From sequence record MN871453.1: DNA of 64,000 bases. The stretch is one strand, 5' to 3'. The notes below the pieces were generated by a model. The model was not told the origin of the DNA. It saw nothing but the letters and a program-made list of their open reading frames with translations, and ran no database searches. Position 1 is the stretch's first letter. Every line of letters starts with the position of its first letter. The translations under genes and the position numbers were made by a program. Positions 1-9,283 of the stretch are shown here, piece after piece.

Positions 1-330
1 GATAGTAGCTAAGGGTTGACTTTTCCCTTCGCTGAGCAATCCGATCGGAAAACCCTGATCACTGTACCCGATGATTTTAACTAATCGGATATGTTTAAGG
101 TGTCCCGATTGATAAACAACATTATTCCGTCGTTTCCATTCTTCGATCAACCGCTTTTCTTCGAAGAAGTCATTAGCGGTCGTTAAATAACCCTCAGGAA
201 TCTCTGAGGGCGTTTTCACTGCAATAAGGTAGTACTTATCCAAAACTAACTGATCGATGCTCAGAGGCGCATTCAGGAACCCTGACATCGGTCGAGTTTG
301 GTTAGCGGTAATATCGATCGTGACTTTCAT
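1..330 (-). CDS. hypothetical protein (partial, runs off window start)
   Basis: Hand-translated ORF from ATG at 330 (MKVTIDITANQTRPMSGFLNAPLSIDQ...), open to position 1, starts 9 nt after the macrodomain stop; absent from ORF track. Confidence 0.65.
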   Translation of the reverse strand, partial: MKVTIDITANQTRPMSGFLNAPLSIDQLVLDKYYLIAVKTPSEIPEGYLTTANDFFEEKRLIEEWKRRNNVVYQSGHLKHIRLVKIIGYSDQGFPIGLLSEGKSQPLATI

Positions 331-339
331 CCTTCGTCC

Positions 340-783
340 TTAAAAATACAAATGAACATCAACTAAGGCTGCACCCAATTCATCGTCTGTCATCCTCCTC
401 ACGATGACCGGGTCTAACTTACCGTTACCACAGCCCAAATGCGTTAATGCAAGCGTGTTGACCTGTTCCCGTTCTACAAAGACTGCAATCCGTTTTAAAC
501 AGGCTTCTACCCACGGGTACCGAGAGGGGTAACGCCAATGGTCTTTAGTCGCCGCCAGTAACAGTCGCGTCCCATCGTTCGCTTCCGTATACCAGACGTT
601 CCCTGGTTTCCATTGGGCTTTATCGCACTGCGCTCTATACCGCGCGTAGACCTCAGGGTAGCGTTGCTTGCATGTCAAGGCAACTCCAGCACCCATTGCC
701 CCTACACAATTTACGGTTACGACCTTTACGACCTCAGCCTCTTCCTCAAACAAATCCCCTTTCCGCAAATATAAAATACCCAC
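340..783 (-). CDS. DarG-type macrodomain (ADP-ribose glycohydrolase)
   Basis: Motifs GDLF, TVNCVGAMGAGVA, ATKDHW, LGCGNGKL match DarG/PARG-like macrodomain signatures (NxVGVMGxGIA, PTKxHW, LGCGNGGL). Confidence 0.85.
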   Translation of the reverse strand: MGILYLRKGDLFEEEAEVVKVVTVNCVGAMGAGVALTCKQRYPEVYARYRAQCDKAQWKPGNVWYTEANDGTRLLLAATKDHWRYPSRYPWVEACLKRIAVFVEREQVNTLALTHLGCGNGKLDPVIVRRMTDDELGAALVDVHLYF

Positions 784-885
784 TTTCTTCTCCTGTTCTC
801 ATTATCGTTAAATGCTTCACAGAATCCATCCTCAGCGGTTTTCTCTTCAAACCCGACCAAAGATATCTCTAAACAAAGAAAATGG

Positions 886-1566
886 TTAACGTTGCCAAAT
901 AGGGAGATTTCTTTTCTTCAGGTCTTTTACCCGTGACATCCAAAACCGATGACTCAATCGATACGGATACGGTAACAATACCCGACCATTATCCACAGGT
1001 TCAATCGAGTCAGTAAAGTACGCGTTCGGACTGGAGATCGGATAGGTCGTCACGACGACATCGGTACCTGCCTTCTGTCTCTTTTCTAAACGCCTTTGAA
1101 ACCGCCGGAGCTTGTAACGATTTGCTTTTCGTCTTTGAGGTTCTACCGCCAACCCGTAGTACCGCACAAACGCTTTGAGCGCTACAGTTAAACGAGCGTA
1201 GGGAGAGAGTGCCACTTTATCCCAATCCACTACGTGCCCTGAACCATCGTGTTCCACATCCATATTCGGGAACATCTCACCGACCAACCAATACTCGCTG
1301 ACACTGGTACTATAGCCCAGGGGTTGGAGCGAATCGAAGGCTTTCCCATCGACCTCAATCCACGCGTGCCAGCCGTGGTCATTCCAGACGGCGCTATAGC
1401 CTTTCTTCAGGAGCGCGACACTCAACGCTTGTCGAACCTGATAACAGCACCCGTTGCTGAGAATGAATCGACTCTCGTCTATGGTTTCGTATTTCGGTCC
1501 TGTCAGATGAAATAATGTAATCAACGTTTTTAAGCAATCTTGTACGTACAACTGAGCTTCGGTCAT
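886..1566 (-). CDS. hypothetical protein with transglutaminase/papain-like Cys-His-Asp motif
   Basis: NGCCYQV...HAWIEVDGKAFDSLQPLG; strong SD (AGGAGG) upstream. Confidence 0.5.
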   Translation of the reverse strand: MTEAQLYVQDCLKTLITLFHLTGPKYETIDESRFILSNGCCYQVRQALSVALLKKGYSAVWNDHGWHAWIEVDGKAFDSLQPLGYSTSVSEYWLVGEMFPNMDVEHDGSGHVVDWDKVALSPYARLTVALKAFVRYYGLAVEPQRRKANRYKLRRFQRRLEKRQKAGTDVVVTTYPISSPNAYFTDSIEPVDNGRVLLPYPYRLSHRFWMSRVKDLKKRNLPIWQR

Positions 1567-1683
1567 TTCTCCTCCTTTTGGTATTTTAAGAGCATAAAAC
1601 GAAGTCCCTCACGGACTCCGATAAATAGTTAATCAAATAGTATTTAAAAAATGATTACCCTAAAAGAATAGGTCAACCCCAGT

Positions 1684-1807
1684 AACCGGCAAGGATGTCG
1701 TTCAGTCTACTCGATCTCGCTCCGTTCCGTATCCTCCCCCTCTACGAGTGTGAGTCTACTACACTACTCTCGCTCTCGTTTCCTTCACTCCTCTCTTCTT
1801 GCCGGTT
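1684..1807. ncRNA. candidate structured non-coding element (sRNA or cis-acting DNA site)
   Basis: 10-bp inverted repeat AACCGGCAAG (1684-1693)/CTTGCCGGTT (1798-1807) enclosing ~100 nt with strong strand bias (purine-rich on -), six GGA on - strand, AT-rich flanks, no ORF. Confidence 0.35.
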
Positions 1808-2018
1808 TCAATTTTGTTCATAATAATAAAAGTAGTAAAATTTTAATTTCCTCTATTCGAACGTTAGAGAGAATAGATTAGGAATATTTATTTCTTAGTT
1901 TATTTAATCCTTGAATTAACGATATTAAAGAATCTTTCGATAGAAAGAAATAAAACTCTCCTTCCTTCCGTCAGGAGAGAAACTGCCGTTCGGTAAATGT
2001 GAATAGGCGGCGGGGCGA

Positions 2019-2501
2019 TCAGCAGCGGCGAACCAGGCTGGCGGCTTTGAACATAGCCCGCGCCTTGTCATCGAAGTGCGTCTCGTTTAAAATTCCTTCT
2101 CGTTTTAATTTCGTGAAGAAGCCACAACTTTGCAAATCCCATGGATGCCAATAGACTTCTTTATCTTCTGCCTCTGACATAATCGCTTTTACTAATTCTA
2201 CTGCTAAGCCGGTTCCTCGGTAACCAGACCTCACGTAAAGCATTCCTTCCCAGACTCGTTTGTTCCCTCGTTCCCCTGGTATTAATACCGCAACAGCGTC
2301 TTCCCGGTAGAAAATCGCTCGGCATGGAAACTCTCCCTGCCGTTGGTCGTAGAGCGCCTCTAACATTTTCCCTTTGTACAAATAGAGTTCGTGCTCAAGG
2401 CACAAACGATAAATCTCGCTGCTGTCGTTAATCTGCACGAAAGCCTCTTTAAAACGTTCCGTGATAGTCTCTACGCTTTTTATTAGTTTTGGACGAGTCA
2501 T
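2019..2501 (-). CDS. GNAT-family acetyltransferase
   Basis: Acetyl-CoA motif A-like LYVRSGYRGTGLAVELVKAIM; later FFTKL motif-B-like segment. Confidence 0.7.
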   Translation of the reverse strand: MTRPKLIKSVETITERFKEAFVQINDSSEIYRLCLEHELYLYKGKMLEALYDQRQGEFPCRAIFYREDAVAVLIPGERGNKRVWEGMLYVRSGYRGTGLAVELVKAIMSEAEDKEVYWHPWDLQSCGFFTKLKREGILNETHFDDKARAMFKAASLVRRC

Positions 2502-2555
2502 TTTATTCCCCTGAAAATGAAATCGCTTACAGAGCTTCCTGTTAGCTCTATTAAG

Positions 2556-2563
2556 GTAATATA
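2556..2563 (-). promoter_or_regulatory. phage promoter core TATATTAC
   Basis: Same core as the recurring TATAT(T/C)AC motif, ~55 nt upstream of the GNAT gene. Confidence 0.5.
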
Positions 2564-2637
2564 TGTTTTAAACCAACTTCACTGGTTAATTAACTTCTTA
2601 CTATTTTAACGATAACAAAATAATTATACAGGCACAC

Positions 2638-2666
2638 GACTGAGAGAGGTTTTGCCTCTCTCAGTC
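2638..2666 (-). terminator. intrinsic terminator-like hairpin after helicase
   Basis: 12-bp perfect stem GACTGAGAGAGG/CCTCTCTCAGTC just past the helicase stop. Confidence 0.6.
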
Positions 2667-2678
2667 GATGCGTTTTAC

Positions 2679-4862
2679 TTAGATGATCTGATTCAAGTGT
2701 GCGGTACGTGTGCTCAATACCCTTCCCCGGAAGAGTACCTCTTTACTCCGCCAGTAGTCGAGATGTTTATCAATGTTCATGCAAACAAAGCAATGATAGC
2801 TCTGTGGGAATTTCTTCTCCCCTTTGAGTTCACGCAAACGCCCTAACGCCTGAACGTTCGCGTTCGGTGAGTCAATCGCAACGGTCAGATAGGCTTGCGT
2901 CAAGTTAGGGATATCCACCGCGGTACCGGATTTACCAATCGTACTGAAAATGATATCCGAATCCAGTAACAATTGATAATCGTCTCCTGATGTAAAGGAG
3001 TTGATCACCAGTTCCGGGAGACGTTTCCTGAAGAACGTGGCCAGGCGCTGGCACATCTCAATAGTCGCCGAGAAGATTAACAGCTTATGTTCCCTTTTCC
3101 TCTTCTCTAACCAGTTATCCTTGGTGTAGTCAAAAAGCGATTCTTGCCACCGTTGCTCTCGTTGCCTGTCTGCCATGATCCAGGCTTCGTACGTCGTATG
3201 ACTGTACGACCCTTGACCTCCGACGACTTTCGCTTTCTGCCAATCCTTCAGATTATACTGGACTTTCACCAGATCGATATACCTACTTGGTTGCCCGCCA
3301 TTTCGCCGCAGTTTTTTCGGTAAGAAGGTTTCGTAGATGAAAAGTTGAAAATCCATCTTAGCCAATAACGTAGCGGTCAAGTAGATCTTTTTCGGAACAT
3401 GCGAATAGAGATCAGAGACAAAGTTCGCATGGATCTCTTTATGCGCTTCATCAATGATAACCAGACCTATCCCCAGAAACTCCCAGAGATCTCTCGGATT
3501 GATATCTTCGCAATCAGTCCCAACCACCCTCCCGTTATTCCAGTTCTTGTAAAAATCCCTCAGCGTGGCCGTGGAAATGAAAATCGCCTTAACGTTATCA
3601 ATACCGGTGGTCTTCGCTTCCCGTAATAAACGATAGAGCTTTACACAACCGCAGCACGAACGAACCTCTTCCGGCTTGAGATTGAGTTTAGCGTAAAACT
3701 CCGGTATCCATCTATCCTCGTAGCCGCCGAGCGTTACCACCGCAAAACGGGTTCCGTTATTCTTTGCCATCGCCAATGAACAAGCCGTGTTATGGGTCAC
3801 GATATAGTCATCAGTGATGTAGAGGTGCTCAGGGTCATCAATCATGATGCACTGAGTGGCCTCAGGCGCGCGTACTTCGATTGAGGCGATAGCTAACCGC
3901 TCTTGAGTGAGATCGACGCGTAGTGTGTCCCCTGCTTCATTTAAGTAGGCGAGACCACCATAAGCCCGTGCGGTATATTGTATTGCCTCCAACAATTCAA
4001 GGCTCCCTAAACTAACCGTAAACTCCATTTCGTCCTGCGAGGTCTCTGTTACCATTCGGAAGTCGGCAGGTAAAGTCTGACCGAGAATGAGCGGCACAGA
4101 GAAAGAACTTTCCCCTAGCCGGTCTTTTATTTCGCGTGTCGTGATAACTTTATCTTGCTGCTCCTCGTTTTCCTGTACTGACCAGAGATGTTCCGGGTTA
4201 ACATCAGTATATCGTCCATCAGCAAAGTGGATACGCCAGACGTCGGTCACGCCCTGCGGGAAGACCCCGATGACAGAAGCGAGGCGTCCCTTAGGTGTCA
4301 CGACCTGTTGCCCGACTTTCATCTCGCCCATGGTTAACCAACCGCCAGGGACTCTGATTTTAGAAGAAAGTGTCTGAGCCTTACCGAACCCAGGCTCTGC
4401 GGTGATCGCTTTCTGGATACCGGGACCCGAACCGAATTCAATAATCGGCACCTGGTTATCCCACGGCGTGAAGTCCATCTCAAACTCAAACTTCACCGGT
4501 TCGTACATCGGGACAACATCGATTTCAAACGTGCAGCCATTCCATTGGTATTTTTCCGCTTCCTGTTTAAAGCGTTCCAGTGTGTTGATGTGGAAACACG
4601 TCTCTTCCGTTTCAAGGTCTCGGCGTGCGTAAACCTTGGTAGGTTCCATTCGGAATCGCCCACGTTTCTTCACTAAGTTTTTCTCAATAAAGTGCTCAGT
4701 GAATTGTCGACGGAATTGTCGGCCTTTGGCGGTATAGGCAAAAACGGAAAAGTAGTGGCTATATTGCGTGATACGTAGATCCAATGTCTTAGCCCTCACA
4801 GGTGATAATCGAATCTCGTAGATTCTTTTCTCTAGGTATAGGTCTCTATAGGAATTACTCAC
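2679..4862 (-). CDS. SF2 DEAH-box helicase with intein (phiKZ gp75-like)
   Basis: Walker A PGFGK|T split by intein, IIDEAHKE, LTAT motif III, QALGRLR motif VI; follows nvRNAP beta-prime C as in phiKZ-like phages. Confidence 0.9.
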   Translation of the reverse strand: MSNSYRDLYLEKRIYEIRLSPVRAKTLDLRITQYSHYFSVFAYTAKGRQFRRQFTEHFIEKNLVKKRGRFRMEPTKVYARRDLETEETCFHINTLERFKQEAEKYQWNGCTFEIDVVPMYEPVKFEFEMDFTPWDNQVPIIEFGSGPGIQKAITAEPGFGKAQTLSSKIRVPGGWLTMGEMKVGQQVVTPKGRLASVIGVFPQGVTDVWRIHFADGRYTDVNPEHLWSVQENEEQQDKVITTREIKDRLGESSFSVPLILGQTLPADFRMVTETSQDEMEFTVSLGSLELLEAIQYTARAYGGLAYLNEAGDTLRVDLTQERLAIASIEVRAPEATQCIMIDDPEHLYITDDYIVTHNTACSLAMAKNNGTRFAVVTLGGYEDRWIPEFYAKLNLKPEEVRSCCGCVKLYRLLREAKTTGIDNVKAIFISTATLRDFYKNWNNGRVVGTDCEDINPRDLWEFLGIGLVIIDEAHKEIHANFVSDLYSHVPKKIYLTATLLAKMDFQLFIYETFLPKKLRRNGGQPSRYIDLVKVQYNLKDWQKAKVVGGQGSYSHTTYEAWIMADRQREQRWQESLFDYTKDNWLEKRKREHKLLIFSATIEMCQRLATFFRKRLPELVINSFTSGDDYQLLLDSDIIFSTIGKSGTAVDIPNLTQAYLTVAIDSPNANVQALGRLRELKGEKKFPQSYHCFVCMNIDKHLDYWRSKEVLFRGRVLSTRTAHLNQII
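3789..4379 (-). mobile_element. class-3 mini-intein (197 aa) in helicase Walker A
   Basis: Starts AQTLSSKIRVPGGWLTMGEMKVGQ, block B NPEHLW, block F TQCIMID, ends IVTHN then Thr+1; Ala1 plus Trp/Cys/Thr triplet diagnostic of class 3. Confidence 0.9.
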
Positions 4863-4889
4863 TTAGTGTAAAAATACCGTAGATAAAAC

Positions 4890-4925
4890 AAAAAAAAGAA
4901 GGAGGGAATTACCCCTCCTTCTTTC
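4890..4925 (-). terminator. intrinsic terminator after beta-prime C gene
   Basis: AAAGAAGGAGGG/CCCTCCTTCTTT stem with U-tract on - strand. Confidence 0.75.
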
Positions 4926-4928
4926 ACC

Positions 4929-6896
4929 TTAGATACGTTTTAAACGCATTTCCTTATCGACATCCAACAACAGATAGTCGAAAGGATGGTTCTCTTTAAT
5001 CGGGTCATACGAGCCCGGAGAGAGCATGTTTTGATACTGCTTCTCGTAAGCACATTTCACCGAGAGACTCCGTCCAGACATGATATCGGATTTCGTAGCG
5101 AAGTAACGTCCCGTCCCTTTCTTCGGTAAACGGAAATCGCCGTTCTTCGGATCACGCGACATCATGGCGTAAAGGACAATTTCCACAATCGCCAGGTTAA
5201 CCGAGAACTTACGGTTCGTCATTTCCGAGATGTCTTTCAACGCCATTGCCAGAATGTCAGGGTCGGTTAAGTCATACCGTAACCGCTCTTTCGATTCTTT
5301 ACTCGACATGAAGATATTGGATTTTAACTCCATCATCATCTCGAGCGTCGAGCTATGACGTTCCGGGAATTTCAGAATACTTTCTGAAGGGTCCCAGTTT
5401 TTCAGATCAACCCGAATCTTACGCCCTAAGTTCTGGAAACCGTAATCCTTCATGTGCTGAATAAAGGCAGCGGTTAAGAACGGTTTATAAGACGAATGAC
5501 TTGTAGCGATCAATTCTTCCTTGATAGTCCCTTTGACATCGCCTTGGTGAACGATGATCATGACGTCTTCTACGCCTGAAATACGACGGAGGTCATTCTG
5601 ACTGAACTCGGTCATCGCATGAATATCGGAAAGACGTGGCAGATACGCCATATCGATTTCGATTTCCACATGATGATTCCAGATCGCCTCAGACAACATC
5701 AGTTCAGAAATATCCGACGCATTGACCATATAGTCCTTATAGAACGGATCGATTTCAAAACCTTCCGTCTCAGCAGAGCGCAGAAGGTGTTTCGTCGAGA
5801 TAACGTCTTGAGAGACTTTTTCGTTCTGGGTTACGGTTGCAGCATGTCCCAGGTTAGTGCCTCGTTGTACGGATCGCGCCAACTGGCCCATACAGGTGCT
5901 ACAGACTACGCCGTCATCGGGGTGCCAACAACACGCCACATTCCGCAGCTGGATCGTTTTCCCTACCAGGAAGACGTCTCCTGCCTTAATGGCTTTGAGT
6001 TGTCCTGTTTCAGTGAGATAAAACTTACCGGGTAAGATATTATCCAGTTCGTTTTTCTTCACCGTCCACGGGATCGTTTCCGTACTTCCGCAATCCCCCA
6101 TCCAAATGCTCTTCACAACGTACGTAAAGAGCTGCAGCTCACGGTTATAATACTCCGTCTGCTTAACAGGATCGTCCGTCGCCTGGAGCGCTTTAGAAGC
6201 GTCTCTGGAGATCATGGCGAAGAAACTGGCCCGATGTATCCCTTCGAAGAAACCCGCATTGACGACGTTAGGAAAGATGCTCTGATCAACTTCAGAACAC
6301 CACCCTCGTTTCCCGATGACCTGGTGGAACTGCGCCATCTTCGTCTGACCGATGTGACAGGCCAGCGCCATGCTGTTCCCTTGTAAGAAGGGGTCAGTGG
6401 CAATCACACGGGAAATCACCCCGTATGCACGGTTGACTCCGCCGGGGCTCGGTTCCATGTTATAGAGCGCATTCTGGATCTCAGGGCGGTCGTAGATATC
6501 CAATAACGTCAGAACATCAACGGTATCGATATACGCCTCGCCGCGCGTCGTGAAGGCATTGTGTAACCGGTTATTGCCGCGATATATAGCAGCCTGTAGG
6601 TTTTCAATGTCTTCATGCGGATACGCTTCGAGAACAACCTCCTTCATGCGGTTGAGGATTTTTAATTCCAACCCCGGCGAATCAAAGTCATCCCAGAGAT
6701 GATGACGAATACTGATTTGTGCGTCAGGGTAGTCTCGAAATACCTCCCAGAAATACCAACTAACAATCGTCTGCGACCAATCTGTAATGATCTCGCCATC
6801 ACTGAAGACTAAACGAAATCGATCGTGGTCGTGTTCCTTTTTCCAGAGTTCTTCCTCGGTCCAGTGTACGATGTCTTCTGCCCACACAACTTGCAT
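4929..6896 (-). CDS. non-virion RNA polymerase beta-prime C-terminal subunit (phiKZ gp74-like)
   Basis: MGDCGS, Zn motif CCWHPDDGVVCSTCMG, trigger-loop-like SQDVISTKHL; start overlaps upstream stop (TAATG). Confidence 0.88.
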   Translation of the reverse strand: MQVVWAEDIVHWTEEELWKKEHDHDRFRLVFSDGEIITDWSQTIVSWYFWEVFRDYPDAQISIRHHLWDDFDSPGLELKILNRMKEVVLEAYPHEDIENLQAAIYRGNNRLHNAFTTRGEAYIDTVDVLTLLDIYDRPEIQNALYNMEPSPGGVNRAYGVISRVIATDPFLQGNSMALACHIGQTKMAQFHQVIGKRGWCSEVDQSIFPNVVNAGFFEGIHRASFFAMISRDASKALQATDDPVKQTEYYNRELQLFTYVVKSIWMGDCGSTETIPWTVKKNELDNILPGKFYLTETGQLKAIKAGDVFLVGKTIQLRNVACCWHPDDGVVCSTCMGQLARSVQRGTNLGHAATVTQNEKVSQDVISTKHLLRSAETEGFEIDPFYKDYMVNASDISELMLSEAIWNHHVEIEIDMAYLPRLSDIHAMTEFSQNDLRRISGVEDVMIIVHQGDVKGTIKEELIATSHSSYKPFLTAAFIQHMKDYGFQNLGRKIRVDLKNWDPSESILKFPERHSSTLEMMMELKSNIFMSSKESKERLRYDLTDPDILAMALKDISEMTNRKFSVNLAIVEIVLYAMMSRDPKNGDFRLPKKGTGRYFATKSDIMSGRSLSVKCAYEKQYQNMLSPGSYDPIKENHPFDYLLLDVDKEMRLKRI

Positions 6897-9166
6897 TATT
6901 CATCCTCTTCGAGCGCGTCGTTATCTTCTTCTGGAATTTCAAACTCATCTTCCAGTTCCGGGTCTTCATCGTAGTTGATTTCTATTTCAGGAATGTCGGA
7001 GAAATCGTCCCTGTAACCCGGCTTGGTTCGGGTTGCCGCTCGGATTTTCTCTTCTTCCACCGGGGTAATGTTATCCACGTTCATGTACGCCATTTTCACC
7101 CCTGAGCAATAGAGTGTATTGTTCAGATAGTTCAGCGCCATGCTATTACCCAGCGGGATCTCGTTACGGTCAATACAGAAATCGAGATCAACAGGGTTTT
7201 CCGCAGAGATAATCTTACTCCATTGGTATTCCTGCGCTTTCGGGTTATTGGCACGATCCAGCATATCAGCCGCCCACTTCCCGCCAACGATACCAACATA
7301 GTTTCGAATCTCCGATTCACCGAAGAGACGGAACGGGATTTTACGGAAAGGTAAGTTGAAACGCTCACGACCGGAAGGCTTGGTAGGAACACCATGCACC
7401 TGTCGTTTAGCGATATCCACTGCACCCCAGTCATGGCCGGTTTTCTCAAGGACAATGACCTTGATTTCCCCGATCATCGTTGGCTTCGTACTGGTAACAC
7501 GTTCGCCCAGATCATTGATCCAGGTAACATGCTCAACCGGTTCAGGAAATGCCTCACGTAACCGCCGACATTGTTCTGCCCCCAGGCCCGGTGTGTACGG
7601 CGGCATATAGGCGAAAATCGCATCTTCTGCCACGGCATCAACGTGTTGTTTAATCCGATCAAACGACCAGTTTTGCTGATCAATCTTATCGAGATAAACA
7701 GGCGTCGCCGCCCGATAATAACGACGAAGTAATTCGTAACATTCGAGATACGTCTCCTTACTCTTACTCTCCTTCAGCATGGCACGAATCGGTTTCTCCA
7801 CCCGCTGTTCGGCGATGTAATTACAATACTGCTCGATGAACATACTGGGGTTCATTCGGTTTGCAATGCTGAAACCGTCAACGATCAGGTCAGCAGTCGT
7901 TCCGTCTTCATAACGCGGCATTTTAGCACGAGGTTTCTTCGCACAGATAACGCCTTTCATGCCATAGTCAGTCGAGAGTTTATAACCGATAGTGGGGGTG
8001 ATGTCGTACATGAAAGAGATCTTCACGTACAGCGTGGGGATGCTCTGTTTCTTTAAACGGAAACGTCGTTTTCCTTCCGGGGCCGAAGTGAAGACGATTG
8101 CATCGGTGATAAGTCGATGAAGTTTCTTCGACAGCGCGGGTTCCTTTCCTTGCCCTGCTTCACGACGCAGTTGACGATAGACTTTGACGATCGCATCCAT
8201 GTAACGCAATTTCGCTTTCCACAGACGTGTGATCGCATCATCTTCACCGTATTCTTTCCCGGTGAACTCCGGCATGGCATCCAGTTTATCCCCATCAGAC
8301 ATCCACAGGTCGATATCAACGACTCGCGCATTCTCAACGCCTGCTTCGATAAAATATTTCTCATCGAAATAGTAGTCGTAATCTTCCATGGCTTCCGCCG
8401 TCATTTCGACACAACCTAACATGTCGTCATATTCGCGCAGCGCCATTAAGAGTCCGTCTTTACGAATCTGCTCACCTGGTAACGGAAGAGGACGATAACG
8501 TTTACTGTTCCCGTAGGTATTGATCGGATACTTACCTTTAGGAACAATAATCGTGACCTCGCCAAAGCCCGTGGTCTGATTCTCCTTACACCATTCTTCT
8601 GACACCAGAAAACCGTCTTCGGTCACAGCGTGATGACTTTGGAAGGTTGTTTTGGTACGGGTAGCATAAATGTAATCGCCGTCTGGCGTTACCCCCGGAG
8701 AACGATTGAGTCGAACTCCTCGTTGAAGAATCTCGCCAGGCCGCATGAGTTTTTGATTCTCTATGACCGGGACGAATTCAAAGCCGAAGCTAGTGTGATG
8801 AGAACAATAGGTATCGTAGTCCAGGTAGTCGTATTCACGCGTTTCCATGTTACGTACGATAACAATCTTTTTCGGGTTACTTTTAAAACTCTCGGAACCT
8901 CGACCCACCTCAAACTTGTCGATTACCGCAATCACTTCCGCAGGGAACTGAACGCGACAACCGAAAGTATATTCGGCATACTCTTTCTCAACACCCACGA
9001 AAAAGCGGGGTCGATTGATCCCTTTTGTGATCAGTTTTTGCTGTATCTGCGATGCCAGCATAACCAAACGAGAAGGCGAAGTACAAACTGCCCAGGGTCC
9101 GAGGTGAGTGGCTGTCCCTATCAGATCAACATCCATTTGATGTTCATTAGGTAACTTTTCTCTCAT
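6896..9166 (-). CDS. non-virion RNA polymerase beta C-terminal subunit (phiKZ gp71-73-like)
   Basis: GYKLSTDYGMKGVI (GDK..RHGNKG equivalent), DLIVDGFSIANRMNPS, RLFGESEIR; acidic C-tail. Confidence 0.92.
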   Translation of the reverse strand: MREKLPNEHQMDVDLIGTATHLGPWAVCTSPSRLVMLASQIQQKLITKGINRPRFFVGVEKEYAEYTFGCRVQFPAEVIAVIDKFEVGRGSESFKSNPKKIVIVRNMETREYDYLDYDTYCSHHTSFGFEFVPVIENQKLMRPGEILQRGVRLNRSPGVTPDGDYIYATRTKTTFQSHHAVTEDGFLVSEEWCKENQTTGFGEVTIIVPKGKYPINTYGNSKRYRPLPLPGEQIRKDGLLMALREYDDMLGCVEMTAEAMEDYDYYFDEKYFIEAGVENARVVDIDLWMSDGDKLDAMPEFTGKEYGEDDAITRLWKAKLRYMDAIVKVYRQLRREAGQGKEPALSKKLHRLITDAIVFTSAPEGKRRFRLKKQSIPTLYVKISFMYDITPTIGYKLSTDYGMKGVICAKKPRAKMPRYEDGTTADLIVDGFSIANRMNPSMFIEQYCNYIAEQRVEKPIRAMLKESKSKETYLECYELLRRYYRAATPVYLDKIDQQNWSFDRIKQHVDAVAEDAIFAYMPPYTPGLGAEQCRRLREAFPEPVEHVTWINDLGERVTSTKPTMIGEIKVIVLEKTGHDWGAVDIAKRQVHGVPTKPSGRERFNLPFRKIPFRLFGESEIRNYVGIVGGKWAADMLDRANNPKAQEYQWSKIISAENPVDLDFCIDRNEIPLGNSMALNYLNNTLYCSGVKMAYMNVDNITPVEEEKIRAATRTKPGYRDDFSDIPEIEINYDEDPELEDEFEIPEEDNDALEEDE

Positions 9167-9238
9167 GACAGACTAAACCCCTTTATGCTTCTTTCACGAT
9201 AGTTAAAAATAGATTTAGACTCAGTGTCTAAACAGCCT

Positions 9239-9254
9239 TCAATAGAGTGATATA
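9239..9254 (-). promoter_or_regulatory. phage promoter TATATCACTCTATTGA upstream of nvRNAP beta
   Basis: Near-identical 16-mer recurs at 14411, 30712, 38899, 43732, always intergenic and upstream of - strand genes. Confidence 0.7.
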
Positions 9255-9283
9255 TTCTTTAAGTCAGTTGGAGAAACCTTGTT

